64,000 nt of DNA, taken from assembly GCA_051294905.1 (NCBI GenBank), contig CM119386.1, positions 13,826,001 to 13,890,000 on the forward strand, in the 5' to 3' direction. Position 1 is the first letter of the stretch. Every line of letters starts with the position of its first letter. This stretch comes from Botryllus schlosseri. Its lineage: Eukaryota. A program made the translations under genes and the position numbers. This document shows, one piece after another, positions 1 to 24,600 of the stretch. Under the pieces are notes generated by a model that searched no databases, was not told where the DNA came from, and saw nothing but the letters and a program-made list of their open reading frames with translations.

Positions 1-347
1 TGACACCAGGCTTATATTCATCCATGTTTCATTAATTAAATGGATAAGAAAAGGGTTAAAAGTGGAGGTAGCTTGTAAAGAAAACCGGCTGAGTATAGAA
101 ATCGCATTGGGATATTCGGGGGTGGGTGAAATGAATCAACTTTGCTGCTGAAATAGAAGTTTCTGTTCCATTACAAGGGGAATATAACTATCTCAAATAC
201 ATACTAAAACAATTTAATGAACTAGCCGGTAATTTTTTTTTAAATATGTCACTTTTGAACAGCCCTACGTACCGGAGACCATTTCAGCAAATCCGTGAAT
301 AATTTGTAAGTGCCGTCATCAAAATGAGTATTATTCATCTCTTACAG

Positions 348-12312
<11,965 letters not shown>

Positions 12313-13000
12313 CGGCCTCTGTACGCACGCGTCAATCACAGCACTGTACCGAGTGTTGCGCGTATCGAATGCGATATTTACCAAATCATTTTTTCGAAAT
12401 ATTCCACCGATTTTATTGCTCGCCAACTGCTCTTGCACTCTCTTTTCCCGTTCTTGCTTCGTGGCGTCATATCCTTTGTGAACTACCCCCTCCCGTGCCG
12501 TAGCCATGTGCAATACTTGAGTGAATCTATTTCGTGGTTGGCGTTGAAGTAGACTGATTTTGACGGCTCTATTAATAAGCTAGTATGCGACAATGCGCTG
12601 GTGGCGTTAAAGTGAACCCGTTGATTGTTAGTTGCCATTCCGACCCTCGTACCGTTCTGAGTGTATCACGTGAAGCCTCGATATGTATCCACCTCATATG
12701 CGTACCGTTACACGCAACAATTTCGTAGCAAAACCAACATTTTTGTGGTCGGTACACAATATACAAATTCATTTACCAAACGCGCGTTTTCGTGGAGTGT
12801 TCTGTACCTTGGCGGACGCGGTTCTATAGTATTGCTACGTTTCTTTGGGTCGATTCGTGAATGTTGATGTGAAATTATGAGTTTCTTGTTTTATGTGGTA
12901 TTGTTGTCGTACTTCTAGCGAGGTTGAGATATGTTTTACATTATGATGATTATAACTACTACTGCTACCACCGTTGCGAGATCTTTCCTTATCTATGCCT

Positions 13001-13006
13001 AATAAA
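13001..13006 (+). terminator. Candidate polyadenylation signal (AATAAA) of the WDFY3/4-like gene
   Basis: AATAAA about 690 nt after the stop codon, followed by GT/T-rich sequence (gatgtttgagcatcttggttttttctgg). Confidence 0.45.
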
Positions 13007-13599
13007 TGATGTTTGAGCATCTTGGTTTTTTCTGGCTGGCGTTGTGAAGGTTTGCATTCGGAAGACTTCATTGACTTCAGATTCAAGATTTTATGCGACA
13101 GGGCAAGCTTAGCTATCTATCTGTCTGAAAGCTAGCTGGAAATATCTGCATTTGTTCTTGACTTGCAACGCAACGGCGCTTCTTCAATGCATGATCCAAA
13201 ACAAGCCGATGTCAACCGTGCGACCAATACATGTTTTCCATGAACATGGTGGACAGGTTGTGAAGAGTAATACGGAGATGCATGTGGCTTTTATATGACT
13301 GCATTTAAGTACAATTTTGAAAGCATATCTATTTTATTGCAAGATCTCGTCTCTACGTGGCCGTTTTCGACTGATGACGCTACAAAACTCCATGGCAAAA
13401 GCATCTCTGTGTGGCCCGTTTCCAACGCGTATCTGCCGTATCGGAATGTTGTATGTATCACTACGTAGCAAGTCTGGTGTGATTTCGTTTGGCTTGAGAT
13501 TTTTATAGTTTCGTGCTAATTTTTGTTGGCTGATTCAATCAATCAATAATCGGCAGACTATATTTTTATCCGATCAAGACTCATACAATGTACGATGCG

Positions 13600-13719
13600 A
13601 TCTAATGAATGACGCCGTAAGAACAGCGACGCGAGGGAAGAGGAGCCCAGATAAAACCCCGACGCGGAATCGAACCCGGGCCGCCCGCCCAGGTGTCACC
13701 ACTACGTTAACTCCCCCGC
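13600..13719 (-). pseudogene. tRNA-Glu/Asp-derived pseudogene or SINE head
   Basis: Minus strand: TAACGTAGTGGT (A box)...GCGGCCCGGGTTCGATTCC (B box)...GTCGGGGTTTT. Anticodon arm is missing and the acceptor stem does not pair. Confidence 0.6.
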
Positions 13720-13784
13720 ATTCCAAATATATCATTCGTTTTTGCTATCATCGGTCATTAAAGCTCTATATATGGAGTATCGAC

Positions 13785-16379
13785 TAGGGTTGCCATACGT
13801 CCGGCATTTCACTGTTCAAACTAGCGTCCGGGAGGAATTCCTAAAACATGCCAAATGTCCGGAATTTTGAAGATTTAACGACGTAGGCTCATAATTTTTT
13901 CGTAAATCAACATAAAAACATTATTTTTGGGAATATTTATGCTGATGCATGATATTTTTCTTCGCGCGGCGCGCGATTTACTATCACATTTATGGATTTT
14001 AATATGAAGACGATACCACACCCTCGCAAAAACTGCAATAAAATATGAATAAAAACAACTTTCATTTACTGGAATAAGCCTAATTGTAATCGCAATTATC
14101 GGAGAACGGTATATTCCTAGAGATCGTTAAGGCCGTTTAAATGCTTTATTCAAAGATAGTGGTTCCAAACGTGGGGGTCGTTTGCCTTTATTCTGGGGTT
14201 CGCGAATATGTTGAACGCAGTCATCTTCCAATATAGCCCGTTAGTAAGTCCGGGCAAAGGTGCTGACTTCTTTTAGTAATCAGCTCGTCAAATTTTGATC
14301 TGGGCCCCGGAATATTTTCAAATTGGAGATGGAGTCGCGACCATAAAAGGTTGGAAACCACTGGATGTAGGGTGTTTATAAAGCTACGTGGTGCGCACCG
14401 ACATAATGCTGATACATGATCTCATCGGTTGGGCATGAACATGACTTAACGATGTACAATTACGCTCCCTGTATTTTCGAGCTCATCATCCTCCACCAGC
14501 TCTACCGCTAACTCTGATCATGTGGGCGGAGAGTAGTAACTATCTACAGCAGTGCTCTTCAACCTTTTTCGACGTGGTACACCCTTTTAACGTTTGCTCA
14601 AAACTCGTACACCCCTGTTCATTAGGGGTCCTCAAAAATGACTTTTTTCCTCAAATCGTACTGGCTACTTGATAAAATTGTTAGGTTACCTAACTTAAGC
14701 CTACACACCAAATTTGGTTCAATTCCAACCAGTAGCTGCATGGCTACGGGAGAAGAAAGTTTCTATTTATTATATAAAAATAAATAACGAAAAATGTGAA
14801 ATTTTTCTGTTCACCCCATGAAAGTATTAGGTTGTCTATAAAAATGATGTTTTTCAAATTTGGTTCAATTCCAACCAGTAGTAGCGGAGTTATTGCCGTC
14901 AAAAAAATTGGATTTGAATAAAATAGTATTTGGTCACAGAGTCTATTCGCAGCCAGTCAGGCCGCCCGCCACGCAAATTGGAATTTATTTCGTGTCAGCC
15001 CCAAAACAGCATGACATTCCGAACGATAATCAACCAAAATGTAACAGTATTGGGAAGAGAGTAGGTAAAGCTACTGCTGCAGAAGCGGTAATTCAGATTA
15101 GCGATAATAGCAGGCGCACCAGCCTACTGCGTATCAGGCCTGCCCCACACACCACACACACACAGTCGATAGTAGCACATGGGCTGCAAGAGATGTCAGT
15201 AACCTCAGATCGTATGCCGCTATACACAGTCTATTGTCGCTAATTTGCATCACTAATAACAAAATACTAAATTGCAAATGTATGGCGAAATATTGGACAT
15301 AAAATCGGCATTTTAAAACGAAAGGGTTTCGATTTCAACATGGAAGCTGTTTCGACCCTGGCCGGCTAGCATCAATTCATTTATGTGCATTGCAGAATTT
15401 ATTAACGTCGGGTAGGATGTACCGATTCAAGAAGTCTGACCTATCGCGGCGGTTTCCTCAAAAATCACTAAAAGACAAATGACTAGCTGAACACATGTTT
15501 GTTAACTGCATACTTTCCAACACCAAACGAACCATTGGTTTATTGATTGCCGACGGCTAAAATAATAGGAGAAATATTTGCCTATGACATCACAATCAAG
15601 CGGTGTACAGTATTACTATAGAAATTAAACATGGAACGGCAACGACCGATTTTGCAGCTTCGTTCCGCTTCGCTGAGGCTGGAGTGGAGAATGGTTTTGC
15701 GTAAGCGACTGTAGGATTTCTGGCAATCCAAAAGCTATCTTCCCGAGCGCAGAAATTACTGAATCAGGTCTTGATCGAAAGCTACTGTTGCACCGATTCC
15801 GAAAATATAAATTAAAATATTGATCAGGCACTGATCCACCTAGAATCTGTCCTCCAAGTCTGAAATATCGGCATTGTTGATAACAATCGAGTAACTCAAC
15901 ACAATGGCCATAACAATGACCCGTTGCGACTCTCCGATTGTTCGAACAATGCCGATATTTGAGACTTGGAGGACGGACCCTAGGGTGTACGACAACCCCA
16001 GTTGAAGAGCACTGATCTATAGTAATATATGGAACAACCGAACAACCAATATTGTTTACAGAATTCATTCAAAAAATTTAACGACAAGATGCATATAGAA
16101 ACCAGATTCATATAGCAAGCCCATCCGCCAGAGGTAGCATCGATTACCCTATGGCTGGCTCAAAATCATTGTTGATTTGGGCGGGAAGGGGCTGAAAACA
16201 TGTGCTTTCGGTCTCGGTTACACAACACACAGCCACATAGCCTACTCCTGAACCGGATCGTGACCACCTCTGGTCTATGAGCAAAGCTTCACTAGTGTGA
16301 CGTCATAACTCATTTTGAAATCCACTAGTTGGCGCTAAAGGGTGTCCGGAATTTGGGTCACAGAAATATGGTAACCCTA
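13785..16379 (+). mobile_element. Non-autonomous hAT-type element family D (2.6 kb, with nested MITE fragments)
   Basis: TIRs tagggttgcca...tggtaacccta; perfect TSD gtatcgac (13777-13784 and 16380-16387); TCCGG(A) subterminal repeats; interior segments shared with 56094-58245. Confidence 0.88.
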
Positions 16380-18621
16380 GTATCGACCCATATGTTGGAT
16401 AAACTGTGTTAAATAATAGTGAATAGCACAGATCACATTTAGTATTACGTCGCCATTCTGTTGACTATAGTTGCTCTCTATATTATCTTACACGGGCTCT
16501 TTTGAAACTTAAAAAATTGATGAGAGTAATACGAAAATAAGCATCATATTTTCGAGATTAGCGCCCCATAAAACATAACGTGGCCACTGGCCACTAAAGA
16601 GCCAATTAAAAATATTGATACGTAGTGGTCACGTACTGTCTCTAATAACATTACGAAGGACAACGACTGCAGCTGACCGAAATATTGATTTTTTTCGTGT
16701 AAGCTCGGTATTCTGTTCGCGCGGATGGAATTGTAATAGCTCTAAAATCGCTGTATGGCAAATTGAAGTCAGGCTGCCAGGACCACAGTTAAACAAAAGC
16801 ATTTTAGCCTAGTGGACGGCTCAATATCAATAGGATTATAGTGTAACGTCATGCTCTTGGAAAGATTAGACTGCTACAACGATGAGTGTGTTACTCTGAA
16901 ACCTCGTGTGTCCTACGCCGACAGTCAACACTACTCCGACGGTTACGGCAGGGGCTCCTCATTTCATAGGTTTTCGCTAGTTTAATTCGATGGGTATTGT
17001 CTTGGGATGTCGATTCCTTTATTTGATATTATGGAGTCCTGTATGCCAACAATCACTTGGATTTCGATCTTGCGAGATCGCTAATCAGTTCACCAATAAT
17101 AATCTTCTATCATCAAAGCCGACTTCGGCATATTCAGACACGCTGTCTATCGATTGTAAATCTTATTCAAGATCTCGCCTCGAACACCGAGTCTGCCGCG
17201 AAGTTGAAAAGGGTTACGCCGTATGTTTTATTAACGGTAATCTCAAGAGATTCATGCACAAGAGATGTGTGATAATATGGCGTAGTGTACCTAACTTCTT
17301 TGTAATACTATCGATGAATTCGCTAAAACGTTATTTTATTTAAAGGATAACTGTTTTTATAATCTCGCAACATATTAACGCAGGTTAGACGTGTGTGAAT
17401 TGTTGTTTCATCACGCTGTAATCCTACACCTACAGACTTACGAGGCTACGAGAGTATGGTACATTATGGACCTGTGGAGAGCAAAGAAAAGCCAATTGCC
17501 GCGCCTAGGGAATGCCCGTCGTGATTAGGCTATGCTGCTCAGTGCTCAACTGTAACATTTTATCTATAACTCGATGACTTTTCTTCATAAAATTATTCAA
17601 TCGCGAACTATTATGTTTACAAACCATTTACAAACACAATGCTCAGTTCATAATCGGATGGATGTGTATGAAGATGCGAAAACGTCCGTGTTAACTCCAA
17701 AGTTTTGCTGATAGATAATTAAGGCAGCTGTTACAGCGAGCGTTGCTTTAGTAGGCAGGCAAGATGTTTGTTCAATCCTGGCCGTATAGTGCTGACGATA
17801 ATGAGCGTATGGCCGAACAACAGATCAAATAAATATGTTAACTTGAGAGTTGTAGGGGTGTAGATTCTTGATTCTTGATTCAGAAAAAAGCATGCCAGCC
17901 GTGGTCAGTGTCAATTTCATATCCGATAATTACGGCGCATTACATGCAGAAACACATGTCACGTGAGTGCGGTTACTGGTTATCGATGACCGTAGTGGGA
18001 GACCGTAATAATATCGCTATCAATTACTTCGAACTCAACGATCATTAAAATCCTGATGTATGAAGATCCACGTACAGCACTGCGCTATGAATTATTTGTG
18101 CGTTACAGTGCAAGGTATTATGTGACACTTCGTTTGTATCAAATTGGCTAAAAGCACCTCTCAGAAATTGGGAGGCGACAAAGGGATCATTGCAGTGTGG
18201 AGATAATTCAAAACTAGGACTGGGGGGAGCTTTGGAAACAGCAGATAGGCGAATAGAATCAGCGAACAGGTTTAATTCAACGTACCTTCGTTTCGGCCTA
18301 ATCAGTTTAACGTAGTTAAGAGTAATTTCATGTAATTATGCAATGCCAAATACTTGACTTTACCGCTAATCATAATTAGCAATAGTAACGTGTTGTAGTA
18401 GATGTCCCTGGAAGTATTTAGCGTAAATATGTATACAATAACTCTTTTCGTTAAGGTGCACAATAAATTTGTGAGCTTGTACAATGTACAGATATACTGT
18501 TATATAAACTGGTTTGATCTCAATATCGGATGCATGCGCAAATAAGCATTTACTTTGCACCATCGTATTCGGAATAATTCACGTCAATTTGAAAAATATT
18601 GATGACTGTACCATCGAGCGC

Positions 18622-18627
18622 TCAGTT
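18622..18627 (+). promoter_or_regulatory. Initiator-like motif (TCAGTT) upstream of KCNT exon 1a
   Basis: TCAGTT matches the TCAKTY Inr consensus and lies about 15 nt before the first in-frame ATG (18642, context acgATGg). Short motif; could be chance. Confidence 0.3.
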
Positions 18628-18641
18628 CAATCAATACTACG

Positions 18642-21600
18642 ATGGCGGACTTCGTTTCTCTGCTTCAACCGAGACGGTGAGTGAACTTTGTTGCACAAAG
18701 TATAGTCTTTAAAACCCAGTGAGAAATATATGGTTTCAAAGAGTCAATACCATCCGATGTGGATTTCATAGACCTTAATTAAATATATACACACAGGGCT
18801 GTATTTTCCGCACCCAACCCCCTCGAGGTCGAATGGAGTCAAAAATTATTTCGTAAATCAGTACAAAATACAAATAAAACTGAAAACGGTGAGATCAACC
18901 TTTAGGGGCGGGATCATTAGGCACTGTCATTTAGCAATTTCCGTCCCAGGACACATGAAGACATGAAGTTTCTGCCGAAATGCGACTTCTCGAAGTGTGC
19001 TGTCTAAAAGATCGACCGCGATAACACCTGGCCTCAGAATGACCACCGCATGTTGACCAACACCTTCGATATTGATATGTCCAATTGTCCATGGGCCGAA
19101 AAGGCTGGCGCCAAATTGTCCTGTCCTTTTAATCTGAAAAAATTAGTGCATCGTGTGAGTAAATGCTAGTTTGTAATCGCGTGCATCTCACGATCACGAA
19201 AGGGATTTTAGTTTGCTTTGGCAAGTGTAAGCGAGTCCTATATCTTTTGAGTAGCGACAACCTTTATCAAGCGTCACGAAATAACAACAACATGGTTCAA
19301 CAAAGTAAGTAATAACAATGGGTCGACCGAAGCCAACCCGCGAGAACTTCGCGAATAGTCCTAACCGTGTGAATAGTATCAGCGACAAAATTCGTTCATC
19401 AACTTTGAGAAAGTGAACGCTGATTGTTCATAGCGTTAATACTCACGATTTTGGTGCGTAATAACCCGATACTAATTATCGATAGGTCTCGAGCTAGGTA
19501 CGGAAAGGGTGTTTGTGAATCGTGTACAGACAGAGAAGTGGTGAAAGGAGTCGCAGAAGTTTCAGGGGTGTGGGCAGCGAGACCCCATGAGTCAAGTTGA
19601 TCAGCATCAGTTTCAGTTTATTACTTATTGTATCATTTCAAAACACCGCAAGACTGCGATACAATGAAAAGATAAGAAGGCGTCGAAACGACTTGCAGTG
19701 GTCTTTCAAATCATACACCCACCTGGGCCTAGGCGATGTAAATAAGAGGCATGCACATTGCACACTGGGTGGAAAGAAATAATAAGGCAGGTGCGGGCAA
19801 CATACTGTCCGGTATTACAGGAGAATGTGGCCCGCGGCCGCAGAGTGCAAGAGTGGAGCGTACGCGTAAGTTTGTCGAAGCGAGAAGACTTGCATTATCG
19901 GCATTTACGCTGTACTCGGCCCAGGGTTGTAATGATTCGAGTCGTGACTCGACTCGAGTCAGACTCGAGTCACGATTTTCTGATGACTTGACTTGACTCG
20001 AGTCGTTTTCTCAAAATACGGAAATGACTCGACTCGAGTCAATCTGTGCATTGACTCGACTTGGACTCGAGTCATTGAGCATGACTCGAACCAAGTCATA
20101 TGACTCGAGACTCAGACGGCCAAGACCGACGTTTCATTGTAATTTCGAAGAACAGTAAAGTAACCACGCTATTGGGATTTCGTCTATTGGTACTGGTACT
20201 TGAAAATGCGGCCAGAAACTGTTAAAAGTGAGGAAAATTAGCATTTTATGAATGCGAACCATTCGATATCACCAGACAGAGTTATAAAAGTGGGTTTAAC
20301 AAGACTTTAACTGAAAACTGAGCACTTGAGCAGTCAACACAATGACTTGGACTCGGACTCGAGTCATAATACCATGACTCGGACTCGAACCTCTGCTCGA
20401 TGACTTGGACTCGGACTTGACTCGGTGGTGAATTGAAAATGACTCGACTTGACTCGAATTAAAACTATAAAAGTGAGATTGACTTGTGACTCGGAGCTTT
20501 ATGACTTGGTTACAACCCTGACTCGGCCCTAATGAATTGATACCTTGGTAGATTTGGGGCTTATCGAACGCCTTGAAATCTTAAGGATTGCATCGTGTGT
20601 TAATTGATCAGAGAAGCAGAGATGGTGGTGCCTGTATGACGATGCTGTTCTCAAATCCACATTTACTCGTCACTATCGGCGAGAAATGGCTTTGCAATGA
20701 CATAGCTGTCGTTGAATGAAATACATTCATTAAATACGATATATTCCTTGTATATGTGGATATGGATAAATGGGCGTATAATGTATCGATTCAGCAATCC
20801 GGCCAGCCAAGTACTTAATTTTCCTATATCCGGCACGCTGACTCGAGAAGTTGCCCGCCCCTGAAATAAGGGATAAAATAAAAGGACTATAGTGATGAAA
20901 ATGTATGACGCATGTGTTGATAGTCGAGATTGATAGGTAAGATGGAAGGGCGGTAATCTTGAGGGATGACTATAGTATTCGTTGGGCTCAATACCAGTAG
21001 TTTTGAGAAGGCTGGCAAACGACTGTTACGACCCTGAATATATGTATAATTGTATATGTATGTGGCTCCTTATCAACACACTAATCTGAACTTCAGAGAA
21101 GCGGCGATAAACGTCATGGTGAGCGTTTGAAATGAGTGATTTTAGCATATTTTACCATGGCCCTTGGATTTCGCTTTCAATGGAAATAGCCCACTCTTTG
21201 TAAATTGTCTTAAACATGCATTGAAATCTTTGGATAAATAGTATATTTCCCCAGATCTTTCCGGTGCGAAAATATTGATTCTCTGTAAATATTTTATAAT
21301 ATTTATTAGGTTGTCTGCATTTGACTTTGGAATAATGCCTTATATCATTAGATTGGTGTGTGAAATACAATGGTTATTCTCCTCGCGGGGTTTAAGCAAT
21401 ATTTGATGGAATGCCCTTAATAGCTCAAAAGCCTTGATAACATATGGCACATATGACACGTCACATATCACAATATCACATATCAGCTTTAGTGCATCAC
21501 TTATCACTGTTATAAAGCTTCCGACAAGTAATGACTTGGCGATTAGTATCTCAATACCTGCGAAGTCACAATTCTCACTGGACCATAGCACAGATGAGCA

Positions 21601-24600
21601 CGGGATACAGTTACTTTTGCGACGGATTACTTTACACCAGAAATGTTGTTTCGGTGTCGGTATGAAGATCTAGCCAGGACAGGGAATGTAGTTTTGTACT
21701 GGTTGAAGCGATTTGGCATATCATTTGCCAAATTAAGTCAAAGTAATCAAGACTTGTCGAAACCGATCAGACTCTGTAGTGGCCGCTATATGCTACATTC
21801 GCTATTTGATACCCCACGTATAATATATAAATCAGAATTCGGTATATTGGTTACAGATCTTCAGAATTGCATTAAAAAAGAACTTAATATTGTGCGATCT
21901 CATTCGCTAAAGGCTTTCGGAAGACTTACGTCAGTAGCAAACATCACTTGTAGCCTATACGATACGATCGGAATAGGAAAGATTGTTCTGCCTTGACTTC
22001 CTTGTGAAATTGGTGTCTGATGCAACATGTAGATACCACGTATATCTGAAGTAAGGATCCGCGGCACCATGCAAACGAAATCCAACTGTATAGATTGCAT
22101 CTGATATTATGGTGCCGCTCTAGACATTTGAAGATAATGCCTCTCCTGCACCAGTCTTCCATACTGAAGAAACGATGTAAGCATGGGCAGGGCATTGAGC
22201 ATGGGCAATTGGGCATTTTGGGCAATAATACTTCTTTAATCCGTTATCGTTATCATTTTCCTCGTGACTTCCTAATGGTCCTTCATAATACTTGATATTT
22301 AAACTCGGAGGAGGCAATTCTGCCTTCTGATGCTTTATTAGAGCCGCAACTAATCATGTTTAGTTAAACATTCATTACATTACATCGATCAAAATGACGA
22401 TGCGTCAATCGATAATGAGCTGCAATCCGCTACCAGTAGATCTCTTTAGCAAGGAAATTCGATTGGTATCGCATGTGGCTGGCGTAAGATTTCGCTGCAT
22501 ATGTCAATACCACATGCAACTAACTAATCGCATAATTTTACGGCTCGATACATGGACAGGGACACGGCACAAGACATAAATTCTTACGGGTATTAAACGA
22601 ACAGACTGATATAACTTATAATATCATATCAATATAGCATCGAAGTGATATCTAAATTTGAGAGGTACGTACCGTGCCAATTCCCCCATAAGGATGGCTA
22701 GTATTTTCAAATAAAATCTTCACAAAATTATTTTTTTGCTGAAGTAAACCCCTCTTATATCGTCAATTTTATGATTTCAAAACACAACAAGACTGCGATA
22801 CAATGATAAGATAGGAAGGTGTCGAAATGACTTGGAGTAGTCCTTGAAATCAGACACCAACCTGGGTAGCTGCGGTTGGATCACTTCATTTCCAGTCTCT
22901 ACTATTGAGATGGCACACTTAATTATTTATTTTGATATAATTCTGTATTAGAAGTTGGATGCGATTTCCAACCTGGAATATGCAATTGTGCAATGTGCAA
23001 TTGTGCGTGAATGAGGTTATAATTGCGGTAATACCCACGAATGGCAAGAAACACCTATGGTGAGAGTCATACATCCGCTTTTAGCAGCACGCCATGTGAT
23101 CTGATGTTTCTGCTGTGCATGCATACTGCATAGTAGCGAGATCCTCTCTCGCATATATGACTATATTCATGAATAAGCTCAGTAACTTAACTTCAATTAC
23201 GCACCAGATATATCATACAAGGCACAATGTTTCGAATGCATTTCATGGACACATTGAGTGCGTCTCATTCAAAATTCATGTCGTCCGAGCGCAGCCTGTA
23301 TAAAACCGATTTGGCAAGGTCAAGGGGATACGTTCCATGTGAAGTAGTTTATATACTTCTTCCGCGTTCCCGTGCCGCGACAAAGTGATTTGGTATGTGC
23401 GAGGAAAGTGTCAAAATGGACTCTGAGAGTCTTTTAGCGCATATCAATGAAGCTCAGAAAAACTGGGTTCGATGTACGAAGACGATCGAAAATCATCAAG
23501 ACATTCAGCAATCACGGTAACATGTTTGACTAGTTACTTTTCATAAACTGCGTGCAGAACGGTTGTAGCCAATAGTGTTATTTTCATGACCAAAATAGCA
23601 AGCAAGTCTATTGTCGGTAGAACAATATCTGCAATGACTTTATTTGATGACTGCTATCTTCGTTGCGAGAAAACTGTGTTAAAGTTCAATGTGCAAAAAA
23701 CGATTTGGCAGCAGCCATATTCCTCGGAAAGCCACCGTATTCGAATTGCAGCTAAATGATTTTCACCAAAGGTACCATTCCACTCTAGTTGTATCTGCGG
23801 TATCGAATTAACGCGTCGTTGCTTCATAACCCTTTGTGAAATTTCTGGCACGCATTTATTCACTGTTGCACTTTCTCGACGCAATCAAGGCACAGACGGA
23901 ATTTTATATTGTTCAGATAGATCAGGGGTTCCCAACCAAATTTCGATTTGAAGATGTTCCGCGACCACACCTCTCAACTTGGCTGATCACTAAACAATGG
24001 TCAGCACCTCCGCCCGAACCTACTCGCGGCCTATGTGGGAAGTTGGAGACTATGTTCGCAATAATGGCAATTATGCAATCATGAACTCGTCAACCTCGGT
24101 TTATCAAGTCAAGACTATAGTAACGTATATAAGTCTTTGGAACGATATATATATCCAATCGAAGTTGTGAAGTGCTGTTCAGTGAATATCTGCGTCACGC
24201 GAAAGACAGATAACGATCTACATCAGTTATTCGGCCGCACCGTGCGTGTGTGTTGTGTAGTGTGACTGTGTATATATGTTGTTCATGTATAGCACTGCCG
24301 GTCACTTGTGGTTTTCCTGTAAAGAAAAATTACCGTCCTATTGAGTTGTATGCGCCCGACACTATAATGATAGTCACACACCAACCATACGTGGCGCTTT
24401 TAAAATGACGCTTCGACCGATGCGATACCTTAAGGAATTCTGTCCCATGCAGGCTCGCATTCCTCAGTCGTCGTATCTTTTCTATTTTGAAAAAAAAGAA
24501 CTCCAATCTTCGGAAAGGAGCCACTGATAGCATCCGCGTAGTTGACATTCTTATGTTAGTCACTGGCATTTAATTTTCGTCTCTGCAACCCCAGAGAACA

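Noticed and set aside
263-294. PYVPET-reading stretch resembling the preceding WDFY3 exon
   Set aside because: No donor gives a phase-compatible exon of sensible size for the 348 acceptor, and the stretch overlaps the end of a dispersed repeat (ttttgaacagcccta). Treated as coincidence.
15625-16068. 147-aa minus-strand ORF as a transposase of the family D element
   Set aside because: No BED finger, DDE or hAT dimerisation motifs recognisable; too short.
17658-17683. Further phase-2 ATG mini-exon candidate for KCNT (MDVYEDAKT)
   Set aside because: Donor GTCCGT is poor and there is no other support.
16400-18600. A separate gene between WDFY3 and KCNT (e.g. ORF 16990-17343)
   Set aside because: No recognisable protein similarity or coherent splice structure; probably the KCNT upstream region.
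19922-20520. CRISPR-like look of the recurring GACTCGAGTC motifs (also the 61560-61945 arrays)
   Set aside because: Eukaryotic intron, no constant repeat-spacer period, no cas genes; bounded by TIRs (and TSDs for family A), so these are MITE subterminal repeats.
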